Assembly (NCBI GenBank): GCA_951406725.2 | Contig: OX597817.1 | Coordinates: 122,822,001-122,886,000 of the forward strand | Direction: 5' to 3' | Source: Octopus vulgaris | Lineage: Eukaryota | DNA: 64,000 bases | In this document: piece by piece, positions 12,845-24,185 of the stretch | How positions within the stretch are numbered: the stretch's first letter is position 1 | Layout of the letters: each line of letters opens with the position of its first letter | Notes under the pieces: generated by a model | What the model was told of the DNA's origin: nothing | Databases searched by the model: none | Seen by the model: only the letters and a program-made list of their open reading frames with translations | Translations under genes and position numbers: made by a program

Positions 12845-14105
12845 TAGGGGTTGGACAAAATAATGGAAACACCTTAAAATTTCAAATAAATTTATTTTAA
12901 TACGTGGTAGGGCCACCTTTGGCAGTAATTACTGCTTGAATTCTATGAGGTATGGACTCGTACAAACTTTGAATTGTTTCCAAAGGAATTTTTGTTCATT
13001 CTTCAGCTAAAACTGTCTCCAGTTCTTGTAGTGATGATGGTGGAGGATATCGACTCCTTACTTGTTTTCCTAAAATGCACCATAAATGTTCAATAATATT
13101 GAGATCTGGGTACTTTCATGGCCAGATAAGATGTTCAACTTCACTAGAATGTTCCTCATGCCATTCAGTAACAATTTCAGCTGTGTGAATTGGTGCATTA
13201 TCCCCCAGAAACAGTTCCACAACCATAGGATGAATTTGATCAAATAAAATGCTTAAATAGACTTGACTATTAATTCTGCTATGAAGGGAAACCATTGGGC
13301 TGGCATATTTCCAAGATATAGCCCCCCCCCCGATCATCACAGATCCTCTTCCATGTGTAACAGTTGGAAGAAGGCAGTCTCAGTCAAATGCTTCTTTTAG
13401 CTGTCTCCACACGTATACTCGGCCAGTGGTCAGAAATGAGGTAAAGGACAACTCGTTTAAGAAAATAACATTCTTCCACTGCTCAAGGGACTAATTCTGT
13501 AGGTTTTTACTCCACTTTAAATGCTTTGCAATGTTTGGTTTGAAAGTAAGGATTTTCTGATTGCAGCCATCCTGTGAAATCTGGCTTTGTTCAGCTCCCA
13601 GTGAATAGTTGTTGTGGAAACTTGGTTCTTGAGATGGTCATTAAGCTCTGCAGTAATTTTGGGAGCTGTACTTTTGTAATCCTTTTTAATAATTCACAAT
13701 AGTCCGACAGTTCCTACCTGAAAGTTTTGGTTTTCTTCTGGAGTTTTGTTTTGACGAGGAGGTTTTTTACCCTCTTTCTCAAAGGCTGTCATTACTTTCA
13801 AGACAGTACTTCTTGATATACCAAACATTTTAGCAGGTTTCATTACGCTAGCACCTGCCATATGAGCACCAACAATTTGACTTCTTTGAGAGTCCGATAG
13901 ATCTGTGATTTTAATGAATTTTAATTACCTTTTTCTGATGAAAAGAAAACGGAAAAAAAACAGCAATTTTAGCAAAATCATATTATGCAACAATAATAAT
14001 AAATAAAAAATCATAAAAGTAAACAAGCTTTTTACAGTTATATAGATATTTCAAAATTATGATGCTATGATGCTAGGTTTTTTCCATTATTTTGTTCAAC
14101 TCCTG
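12845..14105 (-). mobile_element. Tc1-family DNA transposon (~1.26 kb, decayed) inside piggyBac
   Basis: ~30 bp TIRs (C)AGGGGTTGGACAAAATAATGGAAACACCT with TA at the right flank. Minus-strand transposase ~13910-12897: TDLSDSQRSQIVGAHMAGAS, DNAPIHTA, PDLNIIEHLW, GGPTTY*. Confidence 0.92.
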
Positions 14106-15349
14106 TACAAGATATCATCACAAAATATGGGACAAATTTACAATCTACAAAAGTAGTAGGTAGACTTTCAACTTCACCAGGATGTTTGCATTTTACACCA
14201 GGACATTTTCTATTGGAAGTCCTAGTGTTGTCTAAAATGTGACCATCATGGAAAACCAGTCAGGATGGAGTCACGATATATGTTTAAACTCTGTAATGTA
14301 CCTTTATGTGTAGTACCATGCTTTAAAAAATACTATGCCAAATAATCATTCATAAAATACCAGAGAAAGTAAGATGTATGGGAAGATGAGGTAAAATAAA
14401 AGATAAAATAAGTACAGTATTTTATTTATATTTACTTTTGGTTCTGAAAACTGAAAAAGAAAAAAAATATATAAAAAAAGATTTTCGAGAAGACATGCAA
14501 AAAATGAGAGTAAAATAAATGTGTAATTCCCTTTTACTTTTGATGATAAAGTTGGAAAAAAAGCAACAAATAAAAAAATATTGAAAAATATGGGAAGATG
14601 AGTTATCTTGTTTTTGCCGAAAATGGTATATTCAAAATAAATTTTCAAGTAAAATATTGAAAATAGATAAAAACAAAAGTTATATCCATAATCAGTATTA
14701 AAAATACTATTAAAAAAGCAATTAAAAAATTCATCTGAAAATGAAACTTTTTCTCTAGAAAAAGTTGCTGAGGAAGGGGTTAAAGAGTTCTGCTGCCCAG
14801 CAGATTTGAATATACCAAGTCCAGGAAGGAGAGCGTTTGTGATGACTTAATGTGGAACTTACAGCTCTTGAGCCCTGATGATAAATTCTTATTTGTAACT
14901 ATCATCATAGGTGCTTTAGGCTGTGTGCCAACAAATTTACACAAAAACCTAGAACTACTACGTTTTTTGAAGAAAGAGCAAAAGAAATTTATGTGGATTC
15001 TTCAAATCCAATCTCTGCACAGTGAAGTGTTGTAAGACATTCCCAAAATTCTCCATCTGAGATTTTTTAGATGCACAAACTTCAGCTCAGCCAATGCACC
15101 AACTCAAAATATATATTTACAAGCACCTAGAACTCTCTTCACTCAAAAAGACCTGTCACTTTGTTAGTGACTAGCTTGAACTCTCTTAAGAACTTAAATA
15201 AAACTCAAAGAAAAACATACATACATACATACATACATACATGCATGCATGTATACATACATACATGCATGCATGCATACATACATACATGCATACATAC
15301 ATAACATAACATAAAGCTAAAGACCAGTGCAAGAGAAAATACCTGCACA

Positions 15350-15682
15350 GAACTAGTCAGTTAAGGTGAGACAGTGTCATGTGACAACTTGCTGGGGCTG
15401 CCTGCTGGAGCCTATGCAGCAGGTATTTAAAGGGAAAAATTTGACAAGACAGTCAGTCACCGGCTGACACTCACTGACGATACATCGAAGAGGCCAGGGA
15501 ACAGAAGAAAGAAGAAGAAAGAAGATATGCACCAAACACCAGAGCTGAAGACACCTCAAAACGGTAGAGGAGTAGGGGCTGAAACCGGACGTGGTTCCTC
15601 CTGATGATGTCTTGAGCTAACTAGATCCTATAAAGGAGCTGTTGTGGTAGCAGACCATGAAGCACAGTTGTAATTCCTCCTT
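15350..15682 (+). repeat. ~330 bp interspersed repeat (LTR/pseudo-LTR-like); second copy inverted at 46040-46372
   Basis: Clear colinear similarity between the two copies. Contains TATTTAAAGGG, CTGAAGA, CTGATGA and GAAAC motifs. Confidence 0.8.
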
Positions 15683-15689
15683 GAGAAAT

Positions 15690-16130
15690 CTACTCTTACT
15701 TTAGCCAAATCACAAGTTAGGTTTATACCTGTAATTATTGGGGCACTGGGATATGTAACACACTGCCCAAGTGCCAATCTTGAGAATTTAGGTTTCTCAA
15801 AATCAGAAAGGAGAAAGCTGATTTGAAGAATAAAGGTCCAATTCATCACTGGAACTGTAAAAATGTGTAAAACTTTCCAGAAGTTTATCATTTAAGTATA
15901 TATGAGCATGTCTAGACATGCAACTATATACATGAGTATACATACATAAAACAAAACATACAAATCTGCATATACACTAAGTCCAAATACTGCATGTATA
16001 CACACAAACATGGAAAAATACCCTGTTGATGTTGTTGAAATTTCAATGAAGGAGCCTTGGATCTAAGTTAGAAACTGGCTCTTTCTCCATTGGCAAGAAA
16101 TCTTGAAATAAAACTAAAAATGACATATAC
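15690..16130 (+). mobile_element. RLE-type LINE C-terminus and 3'UTR
   Basis: RFIPVIIGALGYVTH..NLENLGFSKSERRKLI..GTVKMCKTFQKFII*, related to the piece at 14780-15060. Confidence 0.75.
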
Positions 16131-16486
16131 ACATATATATACTTACATATGTGTCTGTACAAATATATTTAACATGCTTGTGTACACTTGGGCATAAGTT
16201 GATTTTAGTTGTAGAAATTGAGAGAAAGTTTTCCTTCTAGAAAATATGTGAAAACACACTGTTGGGTAATGAATGACATCATCAGACCATATGGCACATG
16301 TATTTCTGTATTGTTACTCTTCATCAGCCATGACCACCAGCTCCATCATGCACAGCCCAATAACAACAGGTGTTTCTTACATTTAAACAGTGAACTGCAT
16401 ATTAGTTAATGTACACAAAAGATTGTCAAGCTGGAATTATTTAACTAGAGGCTCTGTCAATTGAATTATAGGCGTGTTCACTTATA

Positions 16487-17137
16487 TAAGGTGTCCCAAA
16501 AGTCACTGATTAATTTCAATTTTTAATAACTTCCTTGACTTTACAAATAAATGCATGAAATTTTGATACAATATAAAGGACATAATGGAAATTAATATGC
16601 ACAAGTCAAATTTTGCAACACCACTAATTCACATATGGAAAATGACGTTGCTTAAATGGCAGCAATTTTCAGCATAGCACACATGCGCTCTTTCCAAAAC
16701 TTGCACCATAACACCCTCAAGAGTTTCAGATCACAACTTCTCTGATTTCTCTATTGATGTTCTCCTTTAGTTGCACCAGAGTCTCTGGTTTGTTGATGTA
16801 AATCATCTCTTTCAGGTATCCCTACAAGTAAAAATCCGAGTTAGTCAAGTCTGGGGAATGTGAAGAACATTCAAAGTAGACCTCCCATATGATTTCAGCA
16901 AGATGGGGTAACTGCTCATACTGCAAGAGAAACAATGCAGTTGTTACAGCAATGCTTTGGAGAGAGAATAATCTCCCTCTACAGCAATGTCAACTGGCCT
17001 TCACATTGCAAAATCTGACTAGTGCATATTAATTTCCATTATGTTCTTTATATTGTACCAAGTTTACATGCAATTATTTGTAAACTTAAGGAAGTTATTT
17101 AAAATTGAAACCCATCAGTGACTTTTTGGACAACCTG
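16487..17137. mobile_element. Non-autonomous DD41D (rosa/Visitor-like) Tc1-mariner derivative with long inverted ends
   Basis: TA-flanked, terminal CAGGGTGTCCCAAAAGTCACTGAT, ~135 bp inverted arms. FQQDGVTAHTA..WPSH on + and SHSPDLTNSDFYL*GYLK on -. Joined, 41 residues separate the two Asp. Confidence 0.85.
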
Positions 17138-17769
17138 TATTTAACTCATTCATGTATGTTTAGATGTAGGAAAACATTTTGCAGTGGAAATTTGTCTTAG
17201 GAGAAAATTCTACTATATATGTGTGTTTGTGTGAGTGAGTTCATATTTCTTTCTCTAAACATGTATGCTTGCTGATTGAAACAACAGTTTCACTAACAGT
17301 GCCAGTTTGCTTGCAGGCCACCACAAGAGAGTGTTTGGGCTTCTGGATATGTCTTGGCATGTTGTACAATATTTGTAAATAAGAAACTTGTTCAGACAGT
17401 ATCATTTGTTTCCACTCACCCACATAAATATGTTGAAGCTGATTGCTGCTTGAAAAACTGGAAAATTATTACTTTACTTGGAAATAAGCAAGGGTTGGTG
17501 ACAGGAAAGGCATTTAGCAGTGGAAGACCTGCTCTATCATATTTTCAAATGACCCAAAGTTTCATGGAAAACTAGATGGTAAAACTGTATATATTTATGT
17601 ATGTATGTATGTATGTATGTATGTATGTATGTATGTATGTATGTATGTATGTATGTATGTATCTATCTATAGATAGAGAGATAAAAGGTATTTTTTTTCT
17701 AATTTATATACATATACATATACATACATTATATGTATTTATATATATATATATTTATATATATATATA

Positions 17770-17816
<47 letters not shown>

Positions 17817-18119
17817 ATATGTATATATATACACACATATATGTTTACGATATGAATGTATATATATATCCATGTATGTAGTACCTCCTGTTTAGAATCT
17901 GGCACTGCCTCAATCCGACCATCTCCTTCCAGTCCCCCTCCCTGTCTCGTGATATCCTACGTTTTTATTTCTTCTGCACCAACCCTTTCCTTGTCATCGT
18001 TCCTCCTTACCCAACCTTCCCCACTGGTGCTTCCCTTTATTACCTGCACCCCACCACTATCTCTCCCTCTCTTTCCACTGGTGGAACCTTTCTCAGCTAG
18101 ACCCCCCCAACTCAACTCT

Positions 18120-18352
18120 AGAAAAAGCTCGAACCGATCGTGACCGATGCCGGACCCCCCGGCCCCTGTGCAGGTGGCACGTAAAAAGCACCCAATCCAC
18201 TCGCGGAGTGGTTGGCGTTAGGAAGGGCATCCAGCCGTAGAAACTCTGCCAGATCAGACTGGAGCCTGGAGAGGCCTCTGGCTTCCCAGACCCCGGTCAA
18301 ACAGTCCAACCCGTGCTAGCGCGGAAAACGGACGTTAAACGATGATGATGAT
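18120..18352 (+). mobile_element. RTE 3'UTR copy (family C), young
   Basis: GGCACGTAAAAAGCACCC...GGAAGGGCATCCAGCCGTAG...GGACGTTAAACGATGATG, CpG-rich. Confidence 0.88.
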
Positions 18353-18499
18353 ATGTATAGACATTCCTTCTCTCGACTGCTAGGGTGAGACACTTTTTCA
18401 CACAGCTGTCCCCATTTATTCATAACACATGACCATACCAATGCAGTCGTGTGGTGTGCAAGAGAGCCATCATTCAACCGTGGTCATTGCCAGTGGCAC

Positions 18500-19320
18500 T
18501 GGACTAGTTGGTATGGTCATGTATTGCGAATGAATGAGGACAGCTGTGTGAAAAAGTGTCATACCCTAGCAGTTGAGGGAGCCTGTGGAAGAGGCAGACC
18601 CAGGAAGACCTGAGATGTGGTGAAGCATGACCTTCAAACATAGGGCCTTACCAAGGCAATGACTAGTGACCGAGACTTTTGGAGATATACTGTTCTTGAG
18701 AAGACCCAACATGCCAAGTGAGACCATAACCTTTGGTCTATGCCAGTGTGTGTAACCAGCCCACTTTTGAGTACCCCTCATTCACAAGCAATAAACTTGC
18801 TTGTGAAGACCTGTTGAGGCAAGTGAAATCACAATCAAAATTGCTAACGTGGCTGATGACAGTACTGCCTGATTGGCACTCGTGCAAGTGGAACGTTAAA
18901 AGCACCATCCGAGCGTGATCGTCGCCAGGGCCGCTGATTGGCTCCTGTGCTGGTGGCATGTAAAAAGCACCATACGAGCATGATTGTTGCCAGTGTCACC
19001 TAACTGGCACATGGAAAAACAACATTTGAGCATGATCATTGTCAATGCTACTGGACTGGCTCTCATGCAGGTAGCACGTAAAAACACGTTTTGAGCGTGT
19101 TCGTTGCCAGAACCACCTGACTGGCACTTAAAAGCACCCACTACACTCTTGGAGTGGTTGGTGTTAGGAAGGGCATCCAGCTGTAGAAACTTTGCCAGAT
19201 CAGATTGAAATCTAGTGTAGCCTTCTGGCTTACCAGTCCTCAGTCAAATCGTCCAACCCATGCCAGCATGGAAAGCAGACGTTAAATGACAACGATGATG
19301 ATGATGATGATGATGATGAT
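18500..19320 (+). mobile_element. RTE LINE 3' end: ORF terminus plus 3'UTR with ~60 bp tandem subrepeats and (GAT)n tail
   Basis: WYGHVLRMNEDSCVKKCHTLAVEGACGRGRPRKT..DRDFWRYTVLEKT, then repeated TGGCACGTAAAAAGCACCAT..GAGCGTGATCGTTGCCAG units. Confidence 0.88.
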
Positions 19321-19790
19321 ATATGTGTTTATGTGTATTTTATATATGTCTATATGTATTTGAACATATGGCATTTCCAACATAATGTAAAAGAAAGAAA
19401 CAATACGTAAAAATATTTTACAACTACAGAAGACTCTTATATAGTCTACAAGTAACAGTAATTTTCTTAATCTAAATTCTGCCATTTATTGACTAGAATT
19501 GGAGCCGGTAAAATTTAGTTTATTTATAAATTCAGTAAATTGTAAAGCAATGTTCAAAAGTACAAATACAAAAAGAACAAAATGTAGAAGAAATAATTTC
19601 TTTTTACACACCTACCAAATTTCTTTTATCATACTTAACAAATTTCTTTTAAGATATCTACAAAATTTGTATTGGTAGGCGAATGTACATGTGTTCCATG
19701 CTTGTATGCGTATATAACAGCATGTCTGCATGTGTAATTGTACATGCTTGCATATATCAGTTCACATGAAGCATATACATACATACATGA

Positions 19791-19870
<80 letters not shown>

Positions 19871-20225
19871 TACATATACATATACATATATACATACATG
19901 CATATATATATATATGTATATATATTTAATTTATATGCATAAATATATCTCTTTGTATGTATGTGTGTGTATATATATATATATGCATTTTTGCTTGTAT
20001 GTATGAGTGTATATATATGTATATATCTGTTCTTGTGCATGCTTGTTCATCTGCATGTATGATGCACGTGTGTGTATGTGTTTGTTGTGTGTTTGATTGT
20101 CAGTGTGTGTGTGTGTGTTGTATGTGTGTGTGTGTGTGTGTGTGTTGCATGTGTGTTTGTATGTATACAGGTGGCACACTTGTAATTGCAAATATCATAA
20201 AGAAAGAAAGAGAATGAAGTGAACA

Positions 20226-20273
<48 letters not shown>

Positions 20274-20770
20274 AGAGAGTTTTTGTTTAAATAAAAAAAA
20301 AGAACAATTAAAAAAAAATAAAGAATTACTTTCTAGATAAATCAAATGTGGTTGTTGTGAATTCTATAATCAGTAAAGAATCATTATCTCAACATGAAAG
20401 CAAGTTTAATCTTTAGTCATTTAAATATTATCCTCTTGAGAATGTCTTTTTCACCAACTTGCTACTTTGTTGCTTGTTTGCTTTGGTTACTGCACCCACA
20501 CACATCTTATCCGCCCCCCTGTGATATTCTCATTAAAGTGTATTTGTATGTAAAAGGAAAGATATCCAACTGCTACAACAATAAACACATGCTCTAGTAA
20601 ACAAAATGTTACTAGATCTTGTCTAATAAAGTTGAGTTTAACATACTTTCTGTATTCTTTTTTCATTTCATCATTTTAGGTTTTGTTTCTTTTTTTTTCT
20701 TTTTCTGTGCTGTGTTGTTGGAATATTGCCACATGTTGGTTATCACACATTTTTTTTTATGCCAACGTAG

Positions 20771-20790
20771 CATAAAGAAGTAGAACTTAG
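20771..20790 (+). CDS. Candidate 20-nt microexon of an unidentified host gene (HKEVELR if phase 0)
   Basis: ~88 nt AG-free U-rich tract, TTTTTTTTTATGCCAACGTAG|CATAAAGAAGTAGAACTTAG|GTAAAA, UGC motif just upstream, in a transposon-free island. Confidence 0.45.
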
Positions 20791-21044
20791 GTAAAAAAAA
20801 AAAAGTATCTATGATATTATAAATGGTTTTTACATCTATCATGCTATAGTAAATGGTATTTGATAGCTTAGTAGTAAAGGAATGCTGTTTAACTACAGAA
20901 TGAAGAGCAGATGCTTATGAATTAGGTAACCATAAAAATGGGTGGTTTGATATCACCCCTACATGTGGCAAAAATGGCTTTTAAGGGATCCTCTTTTCAC
21001 AGTGAGAAAATTTGAGATGACAAAGAAATAAATAATTATGTTAT

Positions 21045-21145
21045 GAACTTCATTAGTTCTGATGAAGCTATAAGGTGATACTTAAACACTCAACTATGAA
21101 TGCATTGCAACTTATAGCAGAAACAACTGTTAGCAAATGAAGTTC
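21045..21145 (+). ncRNA. Type I hammerhead ribozyme motif (Penelope-type)
   Basis: Stem I GAACUUCAUUAGUU/AGCAAAUGAAGUUC (13 of 14 paired), CUGAUGA at 21059-21065, stem II GCUAUAAG/CUUAUAGC, GAAAC-AACU-GUU. Predicted cleavage after 21131. Confidence 0.75.
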
Positions 21146-21399
21146 CTCATATACTTGTTTATTCTTTTGTTATCCCAAATATTTTATTACTGGTGATACA
21201 ACTGGTGATACATTCTGAAGAATATGTATATTGAATTCTAACACCAGATAACTAGTATTGCAATGCCTAAGTAAAATATATATATGTGCCTCTGTGTGTA
21301 TCTGTGTGTGTATGTGCATGTGTGTGTGTGCATGTGTATGTGTATGTGTATGCATGTGTGTGTATGTATATGCACACAAACACACACATTGTTAGTAGT

Positions 21400-21835
21400 T
21401 TATATATCCAAAAAAGAAGCTGACTCTAATTAGAGCAGTAATATATTTAGAAGGTTGTTTCTACGGCCAATCAGGGATTGACTACTGGTTTTGCGCCTAT
21501 AAAGTATTTAGCTGTATAAGGGACTCATCAAATTCAATGTGCCTCTGGCCATTAGAGTCCGAAAAGTCACCTATACAGCTAAGCACTATTTAGAAATGAA
21601 ACTGATGGTCATTCTCTGACTGGCCATAACAAAAAATCTTCTAAATATAAATATATATTGTATTCTATTTAAATTAACTATTATTTAACCATCCTCTCAC
21701 AGTGTCTCCGATGAAGGGATATAATTAATAAATATCCTGGAAACAGCTGAAAGACCTTCTATCTATAAATGTTCTAATATCTACACAGTCTTGGTTTTTT
21801 ATCTCATTACGCAAAAATTCTTATATATATATATG
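21400..21835 (+). mobile_element. Penelope-like remnant with imperfect inverted repeat (21442-21650) and decayed hammerhead
   Basis: TATATTTAGAAG..GGCCAATCAG / CTGACTGGCC..CTTCTAAATATA, ending at (TA)n. Confidence 0.6.
21704..21755 (+). ncRNA. Decayed hammerhead ribozyme motif
   Basis: GUCU-CCGAUGA-A-GGGAUAU..AUAUCCU-G-GAAA-CAGCUG-AA-AGAC. U4>C and U16.1>A predict inactivity. Confidence 0.6.
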
Positions 21836-22612
21836 TAACATGTATATTTAATTATTTATGACTCACACCATGTTGGTAGAGTAGTAATTATACTAAGTTT
21901 AGGTACTAGCTAATGTATTGATGATACTAATGTTAACTAGATAAAATCATGTGGTGAAGGAAACAGTATTAACCAATAACAATTTTATATTCATTATTTC
22001 AGCAAGGAGTTATATTTGGACATGCTTTAGTTTCATCAAAAGGACATGTTTTGGTTTCATTAAAAGACAAATAAAAATACTAATTACTCCATATTCATAC
22101 AAGTAGTTTTAGAAGAATCACTTTGTAAATGTACCGGATCATACATTGGTAGCTACAGTAAAAATAGCTTTTTAAAGAATAAATAACTCAGAAATACTAT
22201 CAGTAAGAAAATGACTCATTGATTATGACAATATTACCATATCTAATGCAAGGAGTATCAAAAATTAGATCTTCTTAAATCTACTCTGATTTCTCTGATA
22301 TAGAACATTACTATACCAGAACAAAGTTTTTTTGAAGACTTTTTGTGCTTGTTGATAGGTCAGAGAATGTCAGAGAATAGTCTGCTTTTATTCATAACCA
22401 AACGCTTGAAAATAATTTTTTTAAGATGTTTTTTCCATCTATTGGTGCTTTTCATCTGGGTTATTATATTGATGGTATCTGTTCATCTGAAGAATTAATC
22501 ATGTTCAGGGTCATGAGTTTGTGTTTCTAAGACTGAACATGTTGCAGGTACTCAATTTAACAAATATTTTGCTTCTAGAATAGTAGGAGGGAGCTAACCT
22601 AACATGTTAGAT

Positions 22613-22647
<35 letters not shown>

Positions 22648-22693
22648 CAGACAGACATACAGACAGATAGACAGGCAGACAAACAGACAGACT

Positions 22694-22751
<58 letters not shown>

Positions 22752-22774
22752 TAGATAGATAGATAGATAGATAA

Positions 22775-23108
22775 AGACACTCTTCGGTCATGACTGACCA
22801 TGGGCTTGCACCTAGAAGGTTCCTCTCCAAGGTACAAGTCTGGGCAAGGTTGTTTATGGAAGACCAGCAGTTGCCCATGCATACCAGCCTCCTCTCTCCA
22901 TGCCACTGATGTTATCCAAGGGAAAGGCAAATGATGATACAATTTGGCACCAGTGATGTTGCAACCTGTTTCTACAGCTGAGTGAACTGGAGCAACATGA
23001 AATAAAGCGTCTTACTCAAGAACACAACACACAACTCAATCCAGAAATTGAACTCGCTACCTCATGATTGTGAACCTGACACTGTAACCACTGAGCCATG
23101 CACCTTCA
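22775..23108 (-). mobile_element. tRNA-derived SINE family D (tail type 3)
   Basis: Reverse-complement homolog of 23848-24185; abuts (GATA)n/(GACA)n at 22610-22772. Confidence 0.85.
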
Positions 23109-23847
23109 CTTCAGATAGATATAGATATAGGTATATATATTCAGTTGCAGGTTTTGTTAAAATTCAGGTATTTTAATGAGTATGATACTAGAAAAGGAGT
23201 GTGTTCTGGGCTTACAATACTTAGTTGTCATTAGTTAGCCGTATACTTCAAGAATGCATATATATGTCTATAGGTCAATCTGTATAAGTGTACATGCAGG
23301 CAGATGCATGTATGCATATGAGGTACCTGATCCAATATAAACTATAGGCTTGATTTCTGGATGGTACTGAGCATAGTGAATGCATAAAAGAGAAACACAA
23401 GTGGAGTTTAAAATTCACAATAGTTGGTTCAGGAGCATTATGTCGATGGATACTTAGACTATATCAGGACAAAAATCTACTATCTTCACGTGATTTTAGA
23501 TGAACAAATAGGTAGATGGTAAATCTATTTACCTGTCTGTTTGTTTGTTTGTTTAAAATCATGTGAAGATAATGAACTTTATTGGTTGGTCAAGTGAGTC
23601 CTGGTAGGAAGAAACACCTTAAATACACTGCTCTAAGAATTCAAGAAGACTATCATACATGAATTAAGTCCATGTTGCTCATTTCTGTTGTAGTCATCAC
23701 TGCTGGTCTTGTAGAAGAGATGCTTGATACCATTGGCCAGAATGGCTATCTTATTCATGGACATATCAACATGATTTACGTGCTTATGTAACTACACTCA
23801 TGATAAGGTATTTGCAAGGCTTTCTCAAAGAGCTGCTGCTATTGCAG

Positions 23848-24185
23848 GATATAGCTCAATGGTTAGAGCATCGGATTCACTGTCATGAGGTAGTGGGTTC
23901 AATTGCTGGACTAGGCTGTGTGCTGTGTTCTTGAGCAAGAACTTTATTTCATGTTACTCCAGTTCACTCAGCTGTAGAAATGAGTTGCAACATCATTGGT
24001 CCCAACCTGTATTGGTCTTTGACTTTCCCTTGGATAACATAGGTAGTGTGGTTAGAGGAAGCTGGTATGCATGGGTGACTGCTGGTCTTCCATAAACAAC
24101 CTTACCCGGATATGTGCCTCGGAGGGGAACTTTCTAGGTGCAAACTAATGTCATTCATGACCAAAGTGGGGTTTTACACTTGTAC
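23848..24185 (+). mobile_element. tRNA-derived SINE family D (tail type 3)
   Basis: A-box TAGCTCAATGG, B-box GGTTCAATTGC, body TGTGTTCTTGAGCAAG..CTCCAGTTCACTCAGCTGTAGAAATGAG. Confidence 0.85.

Larger units (their letters stand above)
11080..14345 (+). pseudogene. piggyBac transposase pseudogene interrupted by SINE B and Tc1
   Basis: ORF-track pieces 11518-11829, 11757-11969 and 12388-12847 plus the Cys-rich tail at ~14108-14345. Confidence 0.85.
10903..14779 (+). mobile_element. Decayed piggyBac (PGBD4-like) DNA transposon
   Basis: Ends CTAA|CCC...GGG|TTAA, subterminal GATGAGTTAWCT motifs. Transposase motifs YLHFVNN, YTPNQNLSI, WVQYI, GKGYCVTVENFYT, GTLCLNR, YDYNFTMVRVDKVDQ, YKRVFFHLMDLVVWNSYIL and C-terminal CNVPLCVVPCFKKY. 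Many stops and frameshifts. Confidence 0.9.
10596..15215 (+). mobile_element. RLE-type LINE 3' fragment split by the piggyBac insertion (pieces ~10596-10902 and 14780-15215)
   Basis: Left piece EDITHIINS*PKMS..LRHDRVAKTIYNAI..KHNQPDIVLWDREQESC. Right piece EFCCPAD..FVTIIIGALGCV..CKTF. Together: CCHC end, RHD, PD..E endonuclease and IGALG motifs. (CATA)n on both flanks. Confidence 0.8.

Noticed and set aside
11080-14345. Domesticated PGBD gene
   Set aside because: Multiple stops and frameshifts, altered catalytic Asp positions and two nested insertions.
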